This document shows positions 10,130 to 18,308 of a stretch of 64,000 nucleotides of DNA, piece after piece. The DNA comes from Albidovulum sp. (lineage in GTDB: Bacteria; Pseudomonadota; Alphaproteobacteria; Rhodobacterales; Rhodobacteraceae). The position numbers and the translations under genes are program-made. The notes beneath the pieces are model-generated. The model was not told the origin of the DNA. It did not search any database and was given only the letters and a program-made list of their open reading frames with translations. The stretch is taken from NCBI GenBank assembly GCA_037046705.1, contig JBAOHB010000014.1, positions 3,754 through 67,753 on the forward strand. The letters are read 5' to 3'. Each line of letters begins with the position of its first letter. Positions within the stretch are counted from its first letter, which is position 1.

Positions 10130-10755
10130 CGCCGGATCTCCATCAGCGGAATGGAGGTGATCGAGCCGAGCCGCTCGAGGTCGAGCGTCACGTCCAGCAC
10201 ATCGGTGTCGAAGCGCACCGGCACATCGAACTCGAAGCCCGCGGTGATGGCGACGCCAGCACCCGGCGCAGCGCTGAAGGTGACGACGCCTGTGGCGGTG
10301 TCGACCGACCAGCCGGAGAGCTGCTCGACGCCCGCCAGCGCGATGCGCACGCTGCCCGCCACCGGCTTGGCGATGGCGCGCGTCCAGGATTGCGCGCCGG
10401 AGGCGTAGCGCTTCACCAGCTGGAAGGCGGTCGTCGCGCCGTCGCCGGTGCCGATCGACTGATCGGTGGGCGATGGCGTGCCCGAAGGCAGGCAGGACTT
10501 GTGGTCGCCCCAGTCCTTGAAGCGGAAACCGTGGAGCCTACCGTTGCGCGCCTCGAAGAAGGCAACCACCGCCGCCAGATCGTCGGCGCGGCGAATGCCA
10601 TAGGCGACGTCGTAGCGGCGACGCGAATTGGCCCAGCTGGCGTTCCTCTCCTCGTCGCCCGAGGCGAGCTCGACGATCTGGGTTCGCCGCTCGGGCCCGC
10701 CGTGCGCGCCGCGGCTGATGTTGTCGGGAAAGCGGACTTCGTGAAACGCCATCAC
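10126..10755 (-). CDS. DUF2460 distal tail protein (RcGTA g12-like)
   Basis: MMAFHEVRFPDNISRGAHGGPERRTQIVELASGDEERNASWANSRRRYDVAYGIR. Confidence 0.85.
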   Translation of the reverse strand: MMAFHEVRFPDNISRGAHGGPERRTQIVELASGDEERNASWANSRRRYDVAYGIRRADDLAAVVAFFEARNGRLHGFRFKDWGDHKSCLPSGTPSPTDQSIGTGDGATTAFQLVKRYASGAQSWTRAIAKPVAGSVRIALAGVEQLSGWSVDTATGVVTFSAAPGAGVAITAGFEFDVPVRFDTDVLDVTLDLERLGSITSIPLMEIRR

Positions 10756-13169
10756 ATGCCCCTCCGCCCGAGCGACACGGCGCGGGCGATATCGCTTGCC
10801 ACCTGTGTGCGGGACTGCCGGAAGCTCTCGGCGTCACGGGCCATGATGGTGACGTTGACGCCACCGCTTGCGCCGTAGGTCTGGGCCTCCCGCCGCGACA
10901 GCACCCGCTCGCCGCGCTGCAGGATTGCGGGCACCTCATCATGCCGAAGCCCGGCCATCCCGCCGGAATGCAATCGCGGGGCGGCGGCGAAAGCCATGGC
11001 CGGGACCAGGCGTGAGGGCCCGGCCGATCCGACCATCCCGCCCGCATGCAGCACGTTGGCGAAGATGCCGCCCGCGCCGGCAAACACGCCGGAGAGCGCA
11101 TTGGCGATCGGCCCGAGGATGAACCGCCGCGCCGCCAGCTGGGCGAGATCAGCGAGCAGCGAGGTGACAAGGTCGCGGAAGTTCAGCTTCCCGGTCTTCA
11201 CGAACTGGCCCACCGCGTTCTCGGCGGACTGGAAGGCGCCGACGAGGCTCTGACCGATGTCGCCACCGATGTCGCGGGCCTTGCTGGCGTAATCGGACAG
11301 CGCCGCCGTGACCGCCTGCCAGCCGGTGACAGCAGCCTCGGTCGCGGGCTCCGCCGCAGCGGCGGCAGCCCCGGCCGCCGCGCCTGCATCTGTTGCAGCG
11401 CGCCCGGCTTCACCAAGCGCCGTCTCCAGCAGCTCGGCCGCGCCGGTGGCCTCGGTCAGCGCATCGGTACTGGCTTCGTCGGTGCCGCGCACCGCATCGC
11501 GCAGCGCCTGCCAGCTTTCCAGCGGCGCGCGGGCCCCTTCGGCCAGATCGCGCGCTGCGCCGCGATAGAGGTTCGCGGACTCAAGCGCGCGGTTCGCCGC
11601 CTCGGCCAGACCGAGATCGGGCGCGGTCAGCGGATTGTCCTCGAAGGCCCGGTCGAAGGCCGCCTGCGCCGCCGTGGTCGCTGCCGTCGCTGCGCCCTCG
11701 AAGCGGTTCTCGATCTCGCCGAGGTCGAGGTCCGGCACCAGCGAGATGCGCCGCTCGGACCCGAGGGCTTCGAGACCGGCGTTGATGCCGCCGATGAAGC
11801 CGTTGATGCGCGAGACCACCCCGTTCAGCATCGCCTCGACGCCGTCGACCAGGCTGTTCGCCGCCTGGAACGCCAGGTCCCCGATGGCGGCGGGCAGCAG
11901 ACCCCAGATCGCCTTGATCGCCTCGTAGGCGCCTTCGAAGGTGTTCGCCGCGGTGTTGCCGAAACCGACCACGCTCTCGATTGCGCTCTGCATCCCCGAC
12001 GCGGCGTCGGCCTTCAGGTCGAAGAACATCGCCGTGGCGGCCGCGCCCGCCGCAGCGGCGCCCATCCTGATCCGCTCCCAAACCTCGACCGCCAGGTCCT
12101 TCAAGAGCGACATGGCCTCACCAAAGCCGCCCGCGCCGGAAACAAGCCGGGTGAACTGGTAGACAAGCTCGCCCGCGCCGACGATCAGCGCGCCGATGCC
12201 GGTGCGGATCAGGGCGCCGCGCAGGACGACCAGCGTGGTGGCGAGACCGCGCACGGAGAGCGCTGCGGCGGCCATCCCCGCCACCCAGCGGCCCGCGAGG
12301 AAGGCCGCGAAGGTGGCCGCGTAGGTGGTCAGGCGGCCAATGTTGTCGAAGAGCCCGCGGATCGCGATGCCCAGCGGCCCGCTGCGGCTGGCGACCGCCG
12401 CCATGGCATCCGCGACGGCTTCCAACGCGGGGGCTGCGGCAACCGCGAACTGGTTCGACAGCCCGCGCCAGACCAGCCCGAGCCGAGAGATGGCGTCGTT
12501 CGTCCGCTCGATCTGGTCGGCATCCTGCTCGGAGACGACGACCCCGAAGGCAAGCACGTCCTCCGTCGCCTGGCGCAGCGTCGCAGTATCGATCCGGCTC
12601 ATCGCGATGGAGCCTTCCTCGCCGAAGAGCTGGCCCGCGACGGCCGCACGCTCGGCGGCAGGCACGAAGCTCTCGATCGCCGCGTTGATCTCGCCGACGC
12701 GCTGGTCCAGCGGCAGGGCGATCAGGTCGCTGGCGGAAAGGCCCAGCCGGTCGAGCGCGTCGGCGGCGGGGCCGGTTCCGGCGGCCGCCTGGCTCAATCG
12801 CCGCGTCAGATCCTTGGTCGCCTGCTCGATGCCGGACATCGACACGCCAGCCAGCTCGCCCGCGCGCTCCAGCGTCTGGATCGAGGCGACCGTGGTCCCC
12901 AGCGATTGCGCCAGCTTGGCCTGCGCATCGACCGTCTGCAGGCCGGAGCGCACCATCGCCACGCCAGCGGCGGTCGCGGCCGCAACGGCGGCAGCGGCGG
13001 CCACACGCACCCGCCGCGAGAAGGCCGCAAGCCGGGTGTTGGCTGCCTCCATCTCGCGGCTGAGCCGCCCGAAACCGCGCGACCCGGCCTCGCCGACGCC
13101 TTCCAACTCGGCACGCACCTGCCGTCCGCCCACGGCCGCGAGGCGGACGCTGACGCGTTTCTCGGCCAT
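10752..13169 (-). CDS. Tail tape measure protein
   Basis: 805-aa Ala/Gly-rich helical ORF in the position between the chaperone and the distal tail gene. Confidence 0.8.
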   Translation of the reverse strand: MAEKRVSVRLAAVGGRQVRAELEGVGEAGSRGFGRLSREMEAANTRLAAFSRRVRVAAAAAVAAATAAGVAMVRSGLQTVDAQAKLAQSLGTTVASIQTLERAGELAGVSMSGIEQATKDLTRRLSQAAAGTGPAADALDRLGLSASDLIALPLDQRVGEINAAIESFVPAAERAAVAGQLFGEEGSIAMSRIDTATLRQATEDVLAFGVVVSEQDADQIERTNDAISRLGLVWRGLSNQFAVAAAPALEAVADAMAAVASRSGPLGIAIRGLFDNIGRLTTYAATFAAFLAGRWVAGMAAAALSVRGLATTLVVLRGALIRTGIGALIVGAGELVYQFTRLVSGAGGFGEAMSLLKDLAVEVWERIRMGAAAAGAAATAMFFDLKADAASGMQSAIESVVGFGNTAANTFEGAYEAIKAIWGLLPAAIGDLAFQAANSLVDGVEAMLNGVVSRINGFIGGINAGLEALGSERRISLVPDLDLGEIENRFEGAATAATTAAQAAFDRAFEDNPLTAPDLGLAEAANRALESANLYRGAARDLAEGARAPLESWQALRDAVRGTDEASTDALTEATGAAELLETALGEAGRAATDAGAAAGAAAAAAEPATEAAVTGWQAVTAALSDYASKARDIGGDIGQSLVGAFQSAENAVGQFVKTGKLNFRDLVTSLLADLAQLAARRFILGPIANALSGVFAGAGGIFANVLHAGGMVGSAGPSRLVPAMAFAAAPRLHSGGMAGLRHDEVPAILQRGERVLSRREAQTYGASGGVNVTIMARDAESFRQSRTQVASDIARAVSLGRRGM

Positions 13170-13239
13170 CGGTCAGACTCCTTGCTTTCGCCGTACGGGC
13201 GTCTTACGTTTATGCCATCGATCAAGTGAAGGTATGACC

Positions 13240-13452
13240 ATGGCCGAGACCGCGACCCTGTCCTCGAAGTTCCAGATCTCGATCCCCAAGGCGATCCGGG
13301 CGGCGCAGCACTGGGAAGCAGGGCTGACCTTTGCCTTCATCCCGAAAGGCACGGGCGTCCTGCTTGTGCCGGTGCCCAAGCGGGAGGTGCTGAAGGGGCT
13401 CGCGCGCGGCGCGTCCGCCACCGATTATCGCGACCGGACGGATCGGTTCTGA
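13240..13452 (+). CDS. vapB: AbrB/SpoVT-fold antitoxin
   Basis: MAETATLSSKFQISIPKAIRAAQHWEAGLTFAFIPKGTGVLLVPVP. GAAGG lies 8 nt upstream of the start. Its stop overlaps the vapC ATG (TGATG). Confidence 0.75.
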   Translation: MAETATLSSKFQISIPKAIRAAQHWEAGLTFAFIPKGTGVLLVPVPKREVLKGLARGASATDYRDRTDRF

Positions 13453-13832
13453 TGATCCTCGTCGATACGTCGGCCTGGATCGAATGGCTGATCGACTCGG
13501 CAACCGGCGCCAAGGTGGCCGAGCACCTGCCCGAACAGGCGGAGTGGATCGTGCCGACCATGGTCCAGCTCGATCTGGCGAAATGGCTGACCCGCGAGGT
13601 CGGCGAGGACAAGGCGGATCAGGTCATCGCTTTCACGCAGGTCTGCCACGTCGTCCCGCTCGACACCGAGATCGCGCTGGCGGCCGCGGAAGCCTGCCGC
13701 GAGCACAAGCTCGCCACCGCCGACGCGATCATCTTCGCAACCGCCCGCGCACAGGGCGCGACGCTCCTGACCTGCGACGCGCATTTCGAGGGGCTGCCCG
13801 GCGTCTCGCTGATCGAGAAGATCAAGGTCTGA
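13452..13832 (+). CDS. vapC: PIN-domain toxin
   Basis: MILVDTSAWIEWL begins the protein, with further acidic residues (EACREHKLATADAIIFATA, LLTCDAHF). Confidence 0.8.
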   Translation: MILVDTSAWIEWLIDSATGAKVAEHLPEQAEWIVPTMVQLDLAKWLTREVGEDKADQVIAFTQVCHVVPLDTEIALAAAEACREHKLATADAIIFATARAQGATLLTCDAHFEGLPGVSLIEKIKV

Positions 13833-14501
13833 CCCCCGGGCCGCCATTCGCGCTCAGCTCCTCGTTCAGCTTCCGCACCATCACCGCCTCGATGACGGGC
13901 AGCAGTTCGGCCATGGCGAGGGGCGGCACATCGAGGGCGTCACCCAGCGCGAGCGCCGCCGACATGTCCCAGCCGATCACCGCGCCCGGCAGCACGCGCA
14001 GCTGGCCGCCGAGGCGGCCGACGAGGTCCCAGACCTGCCAGCCTTCATAAGTCCGAGGCCGGTTCAGCCGCTCCGGGCAGTCCGCGCACGGGCTCTGGCA
14101 GGCCTCGCAGTAGCGCTCGCCCCCGCCGAAGGACCATTCGGCGAGAGCGCGGAGGCGTTTTTTTCCTGCTCCAGCAGCAGACCCTTGGAGACGTAGGTCA
14201 GCTGGAAGGCCTCGAAGATCGGCCAGACATCGAGCAGCGCGTCGATGGCCTCAGGGCTGGGATCAATCGGCTTTCCGTCCGCATCGCCGATGCCCTCCCA
14301 GGTGAGCACCGCCCGCCGCGCGAGCGCCTTGGCGAAGGCGACGGCGCGCTCCTCGTCGGAGGCCTCCCCCGTTACCGCCTCGACGGCCGGATCGCTGCGC
14401 GTCGCCACCATCAGCGCGGTGGTCAGCGGTCGCAACTGCACCCGGACGCCGGGGGCGAGGTCGTGCCAGCGCGGCGCATTGGTCAGGTCGAGCGTCAGCA
14501 T
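13822..14501 (-). CDS. Tail assembly chaperone -1 frameshift product (gpGT analogue)
   Basis: The -1 frame is open from the slip site to TGA 13822-13824: KKRLRALAEWSFGGGERYCEACQSPCADCPERLNRPRTYEGWQVWDLVGRLGGQLRVLPGAVIGWDMSAALALGDALDVPPLAMAELLPVIEAVMVRKLNEEL. Confidence 0.6.
14064..14501 (-). CDS. Tail assembly chaperone (gpG analogue, 0-frame product)
   Basis: 145-aa ORF between the tail tube and tape measure genes. It contains the slippery heptamer. Confidence 0.7.
   Translation of the reverse strand: MLTLDLTNAPRWHDLAPGVRVQLRPLTTALMVATRSDPAVEAVTGEASDEERAVAFAKALARRAVLTWEGIGDADGKPIDPSPEAIDALLDVWPIFEAFQLTYVSKGLLLEQEKNASALSPNGPSAGASATARPARARARTARSG
14157..14163 (-). promoter_or_regulatory. -1 programmed ribosomal frameshift heptamer A AAA AAC
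   Basis: The minus strand reads cag gaA AAA AAC gcc in the chaperone 0 frame. The plus strand shows a T7 run at 14158-14164. Confidence 0.6.
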
Positions 14502-14503
14502 CG

Positions 14504-15445
14504 TCAGTACACCTCAATGTCGTTGATCAGGGTTGCGGTGCACATCCGGCCGACGACGCTGTCGCGGGCGGCCTGCCAGTCGAAGGTCGCCTGCACGCCC
14601 TGCGGCCCGGAAATCTCGATGCGCGGGCGCGGCAGGTAGACGGCGTGCACGGTGAAGGTGAAGCTCCCGCCCGAGGGCAGGACGTAGGTGAACTCCATCT
14701 CGCAGGCCTCGCCATTGATGGCCTGCGTCACCAGCGTCTGGTCGGCGAAGCGCACCTCGATCCGGCCGGTCAGCGCGGCGATGGACGGGTCCGCCCCGTC
14801 GATGCGCCCGTCCGAGCGGATGGTCTCGATCCGGTCGAGGTTGTTGGCATAGGTGATCTCGGCCGAGACCACGTTGCCGAGCGCGGTCCCGTTTCGCGTT
14901 ATCGCGCCGTTGAAATGGCCGAAGCGCTTCAGTTCCAACGCGGCGGGCGTTCCGGCGCTGGTCGTGGTGCCGACCGTCTCGCCCTGCGCCACCAGCCGCG
15001 CGGTGGCCGTGAGCAGTCCCGAGCGCTGCATCTGCCAGGTGATCTGGTCGAGCACGCAGCCGGAATACATCGCGTATCGCGGCACCTCCGGCATGCCGGT
15101 CTCGATCGACATGCTGGGCAGCGTCCACGACCCCGACTGGAACTCGTGGCTGTACGGCGCTTCCGCACCCGTGGTCGTGGGCGCGCCGAAGGCCGCCTTC
15201 AGCCAGAAGCCGAAGGCTTCGGCGTCGAGCGGCACGACGACATCGCCGTCCGCCGTGACCGCGTCCTTGATCGGCGCCAGCGGATCGCGGCCGTAGCCGA
15301 GAAGCTCCGAGTTGAGCAGCGGCTGCTCCGCCCCGAGCGAAGTGCTGGCGAAGGGCATGCGGGTGAAGCCGCTGGCGGGCGGCGTTCGATATGTCGTCTC
15401 GAACGCAAGCGCCATCAGCGCCCGCGCCCCCTGGGCTCGTGCCAT
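14504..15445 (-). CDS. Major tail (tube) protein
   Basis: 313-aa ORF immediately upstream of the chaperone pair. Assignment rests on position and size. Confidence 0.6.
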   Translation of the reverse strand: MARAQGARALMALAFETTYRTPPASGFTRMPFASTSLGAEQPLLNSELLGYGRDPLAPIKDAVTADGDVVVPLDAEAFGFWLKAAFGAPTTTGAEAPYSHEFQSGSWTLPSMSIETGMPEVPRYAMYSGCVLDQITWQMQRSGLLTATARLVAQGETVGTTTSAGTPAALELKRFGHFNGAITRNGTALGNVVSAEITYANNLDRIETIRSDGRIDGADPSIAALTGRIEVRFADQTLVTQAINGEACEMEFTYVLPSGGSFTFTVHAVYLPRPRIEISGPQGVQATFDWQAARDSVVGRMCTATLINDIEVY

Positions 15446-15469
15446 GGTGTTCTCCTCGGGTTGTCGGGG

Positions 15470-15889
15470 TCAGGCCAGTTGGTCAGCCGTGGAATAGTGC
15501 AGCACCACCGGGATCACGGCGGCCTTCAGGCTCGCGGCGCCCTCAACCGGCAGATCGACCGGCCGCGGCGCTTCGGCCTCGACCCAGTCGCAGAGCCCGC
15601 CCAGCGTGCGGTCGGCAGCGAGCGCCGCGCCGATGCTGGCGGTCAACGTGTCGAAGGCGGCGTCACGGTCGGCACCCTGCACGACCGCCTCGATCTCGGC
15701 GCGGTGCTGGTAGTGGTAGGCCAGCGGCGAGAGGGTCACCTCGGGCGCGCCCGGTTCGCCGTCGCGCAGGATCAGCAGCCCCTCGGTCGGCACGCGCTCT
15801 GGCAGCACCTCGCCGCGGAGGGCGGTGGCGGGCAGCGCCGAAAGCCGCGCGTGCAGCGCGGTGAGGATGGTTTCGCGGGGGGTGGGCAT
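15470..15889 (-). CDS. Tail terminator/tail completion-like protein
   Basis: 139-aa ORF directly upstream of the tail tube gene. Assignment is based on position. Confidence 0.45.
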   Translation of the reverse strand: MPTPRETILTALHARLSALPATALRGEVLPERVPTEGLLILRDGEPGAPEVTLSPLAYHYQHRAEIEAVVQGADRDAAFDTLTASIGAALAADRTLGGLCDWVEAEAPRPVDLPVEGAASLKAAVIPVVLHYSTADQLA

Positions 15890-16015
15890 CTCTGACTGTT
15901 ACCTTGGACGCGCGGCAAGAGCGCCACGTTGTGACCATGTTCTTGAAAGGCATAAGTTCTTGACCACCATCATCTCTATCGCGACGATGGTGCCGAAGAT
16001 CGGCGGGAGACTCGG

Positions 16016-16765
16016 TTGTCCTACATCATTGCGCACGTAATTTTTGACAACACGGGAAACACTTACCCTGTGAACTGTCTCCGGACCGACTTGAAAATCG
16101 GAGATGAGGTTGTAGTCAAGATGAGCAACCGTCCACTTAAGTGGGCAAGGATTGCTGATATCAACTATCTCAATTGGAATTGCCAAAATACCATCGAGTG
16201 CTTGGCTTCGGAGGCCAAATTCACAAAAGATGGTATCGTCCTGCCGTCTGGAGACTCTCGAAGCGTTAACGGCTTGGCGCGCCCCTACGATTTAGCCGTT
16301 TTCCTATACAAGATTGGTTGGGTGCCTCGTCGCGCTGCCAGCAAGATGTACAGGATGGCCTATTCAGCGCAGAACAGAACTCAAACCTCTTTGATCCTCA
16401 TGCGGAAGAATGGCATTGATGTTCAGATCATAAACGACACCTCAATGGATAAGATGATTCCTAATTCAGCCTTGTCAATTAGCCGAAGCGATGGCCCGTT
16501 CATTGGACAGCCGTTCCACGGCAGCCTGTCCAACATTCTTGAGCGCACGGCTGATTTTGCGCAAGCGTTTCTGCGAAATGAAGAAAATCTCGAGGCCATG
16601 GTGGAGCCGTTACAAACCACCAAAATCTTGCCGAAGCCGCCGCCCAAAGTGCGAGAAGGCGAGGACGACCTCTATTCTGCCTTAGGGGGTGCAGGCGAAC
16701 CAATCTACCTTTCCGATGGTGTATGGCTGACCTCTGACGGTGGCGCACATGACTGGGGGAGATAG
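16016..16765 (+). CDS. Hypothetical protein, low-GC insert gene 1 (249 aa)
   Basis: TTG start with GGGAGA 5 nt upstream. No motif recognised. The C-terminus is DDLYSALGGAGEPIYLSDGVWLTSDGG. Confidence 0.6.
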   Translation: MSYIIAHVIFDNTGNTYPVNCLRTDLKIGDEVVVKMSNRPLKWARIADINYLNWNCQNTIECLASEAKFTKDGIVLPSGDSRSVNGLARPYDLAVFLYKIGWVPRRAASKMYRMAYSAQNRTQTSLILMRKNGIDVQIINDTSMDKMIPNSALSISRSDGPFIGQPFHGSLSNILERTADFAQAFLRNEENLEAMVEPLQTTKILPKPPPKVREGEDDLYSALGGAGEPIYLSDGVWLTSDGGAHDWGR

Positions 16766-16815
16766 CAACTCAATCTCGCACTTTTTCCGAAAAATGAATT
16801 GAAGGGATTGGCACT

Positions 16816-17274
16816 TTGGCTGACATCAGCAGGTCCGACAAACTCACTACTTCTGATCGTGACGAGCAAACCAAGATGGTTTCTGGTCAGTATGTCTTGC
16901 TGCGTATTCTCCATGAAGGAGACAGCTACACGCTCATGACCGCCACAGCTAAGGAAGATGACGATTTATATCAAGCATATCCCAACCTCGAGAAACTGGT
17001 TGCTGCTGCTGAGGAGGTGCTAGGTCGGGGCGAGCACCACACCGACAATTGGGGGCGGCCGTACCTTTTATGCCGGGGGTTTGATCACCCCAAGGCAATT
17101 CGGGGCCTGGCGAACCTGATTGCGACGAAACTCGGACTTCCTTCCGTCGACGAGCCTTGGGCCGACGAAGAAATGCGAGAGATTTACGACGAGTTTTCGG
17201 TCGGCGACGATGGTGAACCTGCCTACCTCTCGGACGGTGTTTACATAAGCAAGCGTGGCCGACTGTTTGAGTAG
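16816..17274 (+). CDS. Hypothetical protein, low-GC insert gene 2 (152 aa)
   Basis: TTG start; alternative ATG at 16876. The C-terminus is EIYDEFSVGDDGEPAYLSDGVYISKRG, the same motif as gene 1. Confidence 0.6.
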   Translation: MADISRSDKLTTSDRDEQTKMVSGQYVLLRILHEGDSYTLMTATAKEDDDLYQAYPNLEKLVAAAEEVLGRGEHHTDNWGRPYLLCRGFDHPKAIRGLANLIATKLGLPSVDEPWADEEMREIYDEFSVGDDGEPAYLSDGVYISKRGRLFE

Positions 17275-17358
17275 GATCGCTGCCGACCCACAGTTTCGAA
17301 TAGTGTGCGAGCCAGGATGCGTTTTTTCTGGCACGTCTCTGGCCGTGGTGATTTCCTT

Positions 17359-17991
17359 TCAATTCATCCGCCGCTCCACCCAGTTCGCCACGATCAGCCC
17401 CGGCACGCTGTCCAACGCCCGCTCCGCGTCCCGAGCGAGAGCCAGCCGCTTTGGCAGTTTCACCTGCGGCACGAGCAGGAAGATCGGCGCGGTGACCTTT
17501 CCGCGCCCGGTCTTCGATCGCGAAACCACCGCCTGGCCTTTCGTGTTCAGCCGCCCCTCGGCCACCAGCAGGCTCGGTCCGGTGCGGCGATAGACGAAAC
17601 GCAGGCGCAATCCGCGGCGTCGTTCCCATTCGCCGGGCGTGATCCGGCCGCCGCGCAGGGACTTGCCCGCAGCGGGCAGAGGGATCGCCAGCCAGAACCC
17701 GTCTTTCGACCGGATCAGCGGGCCGGTGTCGTGGGCGCCGATGATGACCGGGGCCTTGGACCAGACCAGCGCCGCGGCGTTCAGGCTCTCGCCGGCCTTC
17801 GGATAGGTCTGGCTACGGATCGAGTTCGCCAGCCGCCGGCCGAGCCCCGCGCCGGTGATCTGGCCGCGCCAGGCGGTCTTCAGCCCGGTCCCCGCCTCGC
17901 GCATCGCGGCAGTGACGGCCTTCTCGCCGGCCTTCACCTCGGCAGCCATGGCGGCGACGAGATCGGGTGTGATGTCGAGCTTCAGCTTCAT
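17359..17991 (-). CDS. Head-tail connector module protein (hypothetical)
   Basis: 210-aa ORF between the head-tail joining gene and the tail genes. Confidence 0.5.
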   Translation of the reverse strand: MKLKLDITPDLVAAMAAEVKAGEKAVTAAMREAGTGLKTAWRGQITGAGLGRRLANSIRSQTYPKAGESLNAAALVWSKAPVIIGAHDTGPLIRSKDGFWLAIPLPAAGKSLRGGRITPGEWERRRGLRLRFVYRRTGPSLLVAEGRLNTKGQAVVSRSKTGRGKVTAPIFLLVPQVKLPKRLALARDAERALDSVPGLIVANWVERRMN

Positions 17992-17996
17992 CGCGG

Positions 17997-18308
17997 TCAG
18001 GCCGGGCGCAGGTCGACGGTCCAGACGAGCCGCTCGCGGTCGCGGACGGGCTCGCCCTGGATGAGGAAGGCCTCGCCGTCGATCTCGATGCGGTCGCCGG
18101 GGCGCGGGTTCGCGACCTCGGCGAGACGCAGGTCCAGCCGGGTGGTTTCCGACCAGAGGCGCGCCTCGCCGAAGTCGGTGACGTCGTCCGGCCGGCGCAG
18201 GATCGCGCGGACCAGCGACGGTGCCCCGCCCTCGGTAGTGTAGACGACGTCGCGCGCCAGATGCGCGTCAGCGAAGAGCGCATCCAGTGCCGCGGCGAAG
18301 GCGGTCAT
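17997..18308 (-). CDS. Head-tail joining protein (hypothetical, 103 aa)
   Basis: MTAFAAALDALFADAHLARDVVYTT, the internal start of ORF 17997..18695. It abuts the capsid gene stop. Confidence 0.5.
   Translation of the reverse strand: MTAFAAALDALFADAHLARDVVYTTEGGAPSLVRAILRRPDDVTDFGEARLWSETTRLDLRLAEVANPRPGDRIEIDGEAFLIQGEPVRDRERLVWTVDLRPA

Noticed and set aside
11046-13229. 727-aa plus-strand ORF. Similar long antisense ORFs occur at 3959..5074, 14645..15895, 18287..19501, 20798..22618, 55521..56633 and 60541..62304.
   Set aside because: All lie opposite genes with clear family motifs (tape measure, mutase, tail tube, capsid, portal, hsdR, treZ). They are Arg/Gly/Pro/Ala-rich with no motifs. These are typical shadow ORFs of high-GC DNA.
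6772-15889. Gene transfer agent (GTA) cluster
   Set aside because: The tail-tip genes are RcGTA-like. However, the element also has lysis genes, a CI repressor, a serine recombinase, replication genes, methyltransferases and a lambda-type head, so it is a (possibly defective) prophage.
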